Source: Thermoplasmata archaeon (GTDB lineage: Archaea; Thermoplasmatota; Thermoplasmata; Lutacidiplasmatales; UBA184). From it: 64,000 nucleotides of DNA. Made by a program: the position numbers and the translations under genes. This document shows positions 62,073-64,000 of this stretch, piece by piece. The notes beneath the pieces were generated by a model. It was given only the letters and a program-made list of their open reading frames with translations, did no database searches and was not told the DNA's origin. The DNA lies in assembly GCA_021844945.1 (NCBI GenBank), contig JAKBSJ010000002.1, forward strand, positions 294,965 through 358,964, read 5' to 3'. How positions within the stretch are numbered: position 1 is the stretch's first letter; every line of letters starts with the position of its first letter.

Positions 62073-63125
62073 GTGCCGAAGCGGGTGCGGGTCGGGGTCA
62101 ACGGCTACGGAACGATCGGGAAGCGCGTGGCCGACGCCGTCGTCAAGCAGCCCGACATGGAACTCGTCGGAGTGGCCAAGACGCGGCCGAGCTTCGAGGC
62201 AGAGCAGGCGGTCGCCAAAGGCTACCGGTTGTTCGTGACCGGTGGAGGGGATCCCGGCGCTTTCGAGACGGCGGGCCTTCCCGTCGCGGGCACGCTGGAC
62301 GCGCTGCTAGCGGGGATCGACGTGATCGTCGACGCGTCGCCGGACAAGGTCGGGCGGGAGAACGCCGCGCGGTACCGTTCCGCTGGAGTACGCGCGGTCT
62401 TCCAAGGAGGCGAGAAGTCCGACGTCGCGGAGGCGTCGTTCAACGCGATGGCGAACTACCGCACGGGGGAGGGAAAGCGCTCGCTTCGCGTCGTCAGCTG
62501 CAACACCACGGGCCTCGCGCGGGCGGCCGCCGTGATCGACCGGGCCTGGGGCGTAGAGCGGTGGGAGGCGACGCTCGTCCGACGGGCTGCGGACCCATCC
62601 GAGACGAACCGGGGTCCGATCAACGGGATCCTTCCCACGTTCCAGATGCCGTCCCACCACGGACCGGACGTTCGAACGGTGTTGCAGGACCTGCCGATCA
62701 CTACGCTCGCCGTGGTCGTGCCTACGACCCTAATGCACGTCCATGTGAACCGGGTCCGCCTGCGACACCCTCCGGCCCGCGCGGCCGATGTCGTGGCCCG
62801 TCTTCGGGCGAGCCCCCGTTTCCGAATCTTCCGTTCTTGGGAGCGTGCGGACGGGACCCCGCAGGTCATGGAGTTCGGGCGGGACCGGGGGCTCGGGCAC
62901 AATGACGTCATGGAGAACGTGCTGTGGGAGGCCGGCATCGGACTGGACGGCCCGGAGCTCCACTTTTTCCAAGGGGTCCACCAGGAATCCGTGGTCGTCC
63001 CGGAGAACATCGACGCGATCCGCTCGATGTTCGGCCTGGCGGCGGATGCCGAGGAATCGATACGGATGACGGACGCGGCGCTGGGCCTCCCTCCGCCCGA
63101 TACGCGACCCACAAGCATGAAATAA
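62073..63125 (+). CDS. gap: glyceraldehyde-3-phosphate dehydrogenase, archaeal type II (phosphorylating)
   Basis: (V)PKRVRVGVNGYGTIGKRVADAV, active site VVSCNTTGL, PSHHGPDV. GTG start; 62061 and 62085 are alternatives. The upstream part of ORF 61770..63125 is antisense to acd. Confidence 0.9.
   Translation: MPKRVRVGVNGYGTIGKRVADAVVKQPDMELVGVAKTRPSFEAEQAVAKGYRLFVTGGGDPGAFETAGLPVAGTLDALLAGIDVIVDASPDKVGRENAARYRSAGVRAVFQGGEKSDVAEASFNAMANYRTGEGKRSLRVVSCNTTGLARAAAVIDRAWGVERWEATLVRRAADPSETNRGPINGILPTFQMPSHHGPDVRTVLQDLPITTLAVVVPTTLMHVHVNRVRLRHPPARAADVVARLRASPRFRIFRSWERADGTPQVMEFGRDRGLGHNDVMENVLWEAGIGLDGPELHFFQGVHQESVVVPENIDAIRSMFGLAADAEESIRMTDAALGLPPPDTRPTSMK
63120..63125 (+). promoter_or_regulatory. 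TATA-like AAATAA, 28 nt upstream of the rpoE' ATG (overlaps the gap stop)
   Basis: Same spacing pattern as the other promoters. Confidence 0.3.
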
Positions 63126-63149
63126 CATGCGCAAGTCGGCACGCTCTGA

Positions 63150-63779
63150 ATGTACTACTTAGACCGGCGCACCGACGTAGTTCGGGTGCCCCCCGCTCGC
63201 CTAGGCTCCGAGATCGAGGGGGTCCTGACCGAACTCGCGCAGCAGCAGTTCGAGGGGAAGCTCGTGGACGGCTCGAACCTTACCGTCCTGATACGGGACG
63301 TCAAACCCGTCGGAGAAGGGCACATCATCCACGGGGACGGCGGTGTCTACCAAGAGGTCGAGTACACGGCGTTGTTCTTCCGCCCCGAACTCCAAGAGGT
63401 CGTCGAGGGGTCCCTCGTCGAGATACGGAAGTTCGGAGCGTTCGTTCGGTTCGGCCCGCTGGACGGTCTGCTCCACGTCTCCCAGATCATGGACGACCGC
63501 GTGAACATCGACGAGCACAACCAGCGGCTCGTCGGCGTCGAGACCAAGCGCGACCTCAAGGTCGGCTACAAGGTACGCGCCCGAATCGTGTCGCTCTCCC
63601 TTTCCGAGATCTCCCCGCGCGACAGCCGCATCGGCCTGACGATGCGCCAGCCCGGACTCGGCCGCCTCGAGTGGATCGTCGAAGCCCATAAGAAGGCCGA
63701 AGAACGCCCGGGCAAGAAAGCCCCGTCCAAGAAGGAGACCCCGACCGCGCCAAAGGCGGCCGTCAAGGCTGCACAGTGA
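63150..63779 (+). CDS. rpoE: DNA-directed RNA polymerase subunit E' (Rpo7) with S1 domain and Lys/Pro-rich tail
   Basis: MYYLDRRTDVVRVPPARLG.., GEGHIIHGDGGVYQEVEY, S1 fold VEGSLVEIRKFGAFVRFGPLDGLLHVSQI. Confidence 0.9.
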   Translation: MYYLDRRTDVVRVPPARLGSEIEGVLTELAQQQFEGKLVDGSNLTVLIRDVKPVGEGHIIHGDGGVYQEVEYTALFFRPELQEVVEGSLVEIRKFGAFVRFGPLDGLLHVSQIMDDRVNIDEHNQRLVGVETKRDLKVGYKVRARIVSLSLSEISPRDSRIGLTMRQPGLGRLEWIVEAHKKAEERPGKKAPSKKETPTAPKAAVKAAQ

Positions 63780-63792
63780 AGGTACCACTACT

Positions 63793-63981
63793 ATGATGAA
63801 CCTGCGAGCCTGCAAGACCTGCCACTCGATCACCGATCAAGCGACGAAGTGCCCCCACTGCGGAGGCGAGGTCTCCCGCGAGTGGCAAGGGTACCTGGTC
63901 GTCATCGACCCGGAAAAGTCGGAGATCGCCCGTAAGATGGGGATCCATGCCGCGGGACGCTACGCGCTCCGCGTCAAGTGA
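63793..63981 (+). CDS. spt4: transcription elongation factor Spt4 (RpoE'')
   Basis: MMNLRACKTCHSITDQATKCPHCGGEVSREWQGYLVVIDPEKSEIARKMGI is a Zn ribbon plus the Spt4 NGN-binding pattern. It sits immediately downstream of rpoE', the conserved archaeal arrangement. Confidence 0.88.
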   Translation: MMNLRACKTCHSITDQATKCPHCGGEVSREWQGYLVVIDPEKSEIARKMGIHAAGRYALRVK

Positions 63982-64000
63982 GGCGAACGCCTGGTCCGTC

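Noticed and set aside
1-64000. CRISPR arrays, rRNA genes, transposases/integrases, prophage or defence-island genes
   Set aside because: No spaced direct repeats, no rRNA-like conserved strings, and no recombinase, nuclease or Cas-like ORFs were seen on either strand. The only mobility hint is the decayed gene at tRNA-Leu.

Overview
High-GC (roughly two-thirds G+C by eye), gene-dense archaeal chromosomal segment with about 60 supportable protein genes and 2 tRNAs. I found no rRNA, CRISPR array, transposase or integrase. Archaeal hallmarks include RNAP subunits Rpo7/E' and Rpo11/L, Spt4, TFS, Alba, a single-OB SSB of the crenarchaeal/Thermoplasma type, a Hef-family helicase, archaeosine synthase ArcS, archaeal GAPDH, archaeal-type ProRS/TrpRS/AsnRS and DUF373. 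The gene content suggests a Thermoplasmatota-like euryarchaeon, but that is inference only. Most of the window is housekeeping: carAB, purD, cysK/cysE, class II RNR, gdhA, thiL, ribA, dut, xth, and UbiA/UbiD/UbiE-type quinone genes. The most interesting locus is a polyphosphate island at about 8.2-15.1 kb. A CHAD gene is transcribed divergently from a translationally coupled run of ppx plus two divergent thymidylate-kinase-fold paralogs, and a SixA-type histidine phosphatase converges on that run. CHAD itself heads a co-directional run with an orphan wHTH-fused amino-methyltransferase and a HAD phosphatase. I interpret the Tmk-fold pair as a candidate non-canonical, probably heteromeric, polyphosphate kinase or polyP phosphotransferase rather than dTMP kinases. 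Other points of note:
- an SSB with a Gly/Arg/Tyr tail and no acidic tip
- a thioredoxin-fold/RAM-domain fusion
- a Cys-rich small protein, PadR and methyltransferase operon behind the strongest TATA box in the window
- two unexplained non-coding stretches of about 0.6 kb each (26.55-27.12 kb and 30.6-31.2 kb)
- a doubly frameshifted methyltransferase remnant abutting tRNA-Leu
- a recurrent A/T hexamer 25-31 nt upstream of start codons, which suggests mostly leaderless mRNAs
Many long ORFs in the supplied track are antisense or alternate-frame artefacts of high GC and were rejected. Start codons are often uncertain because of GTG/TTG use and long stop-free upstream extensions.
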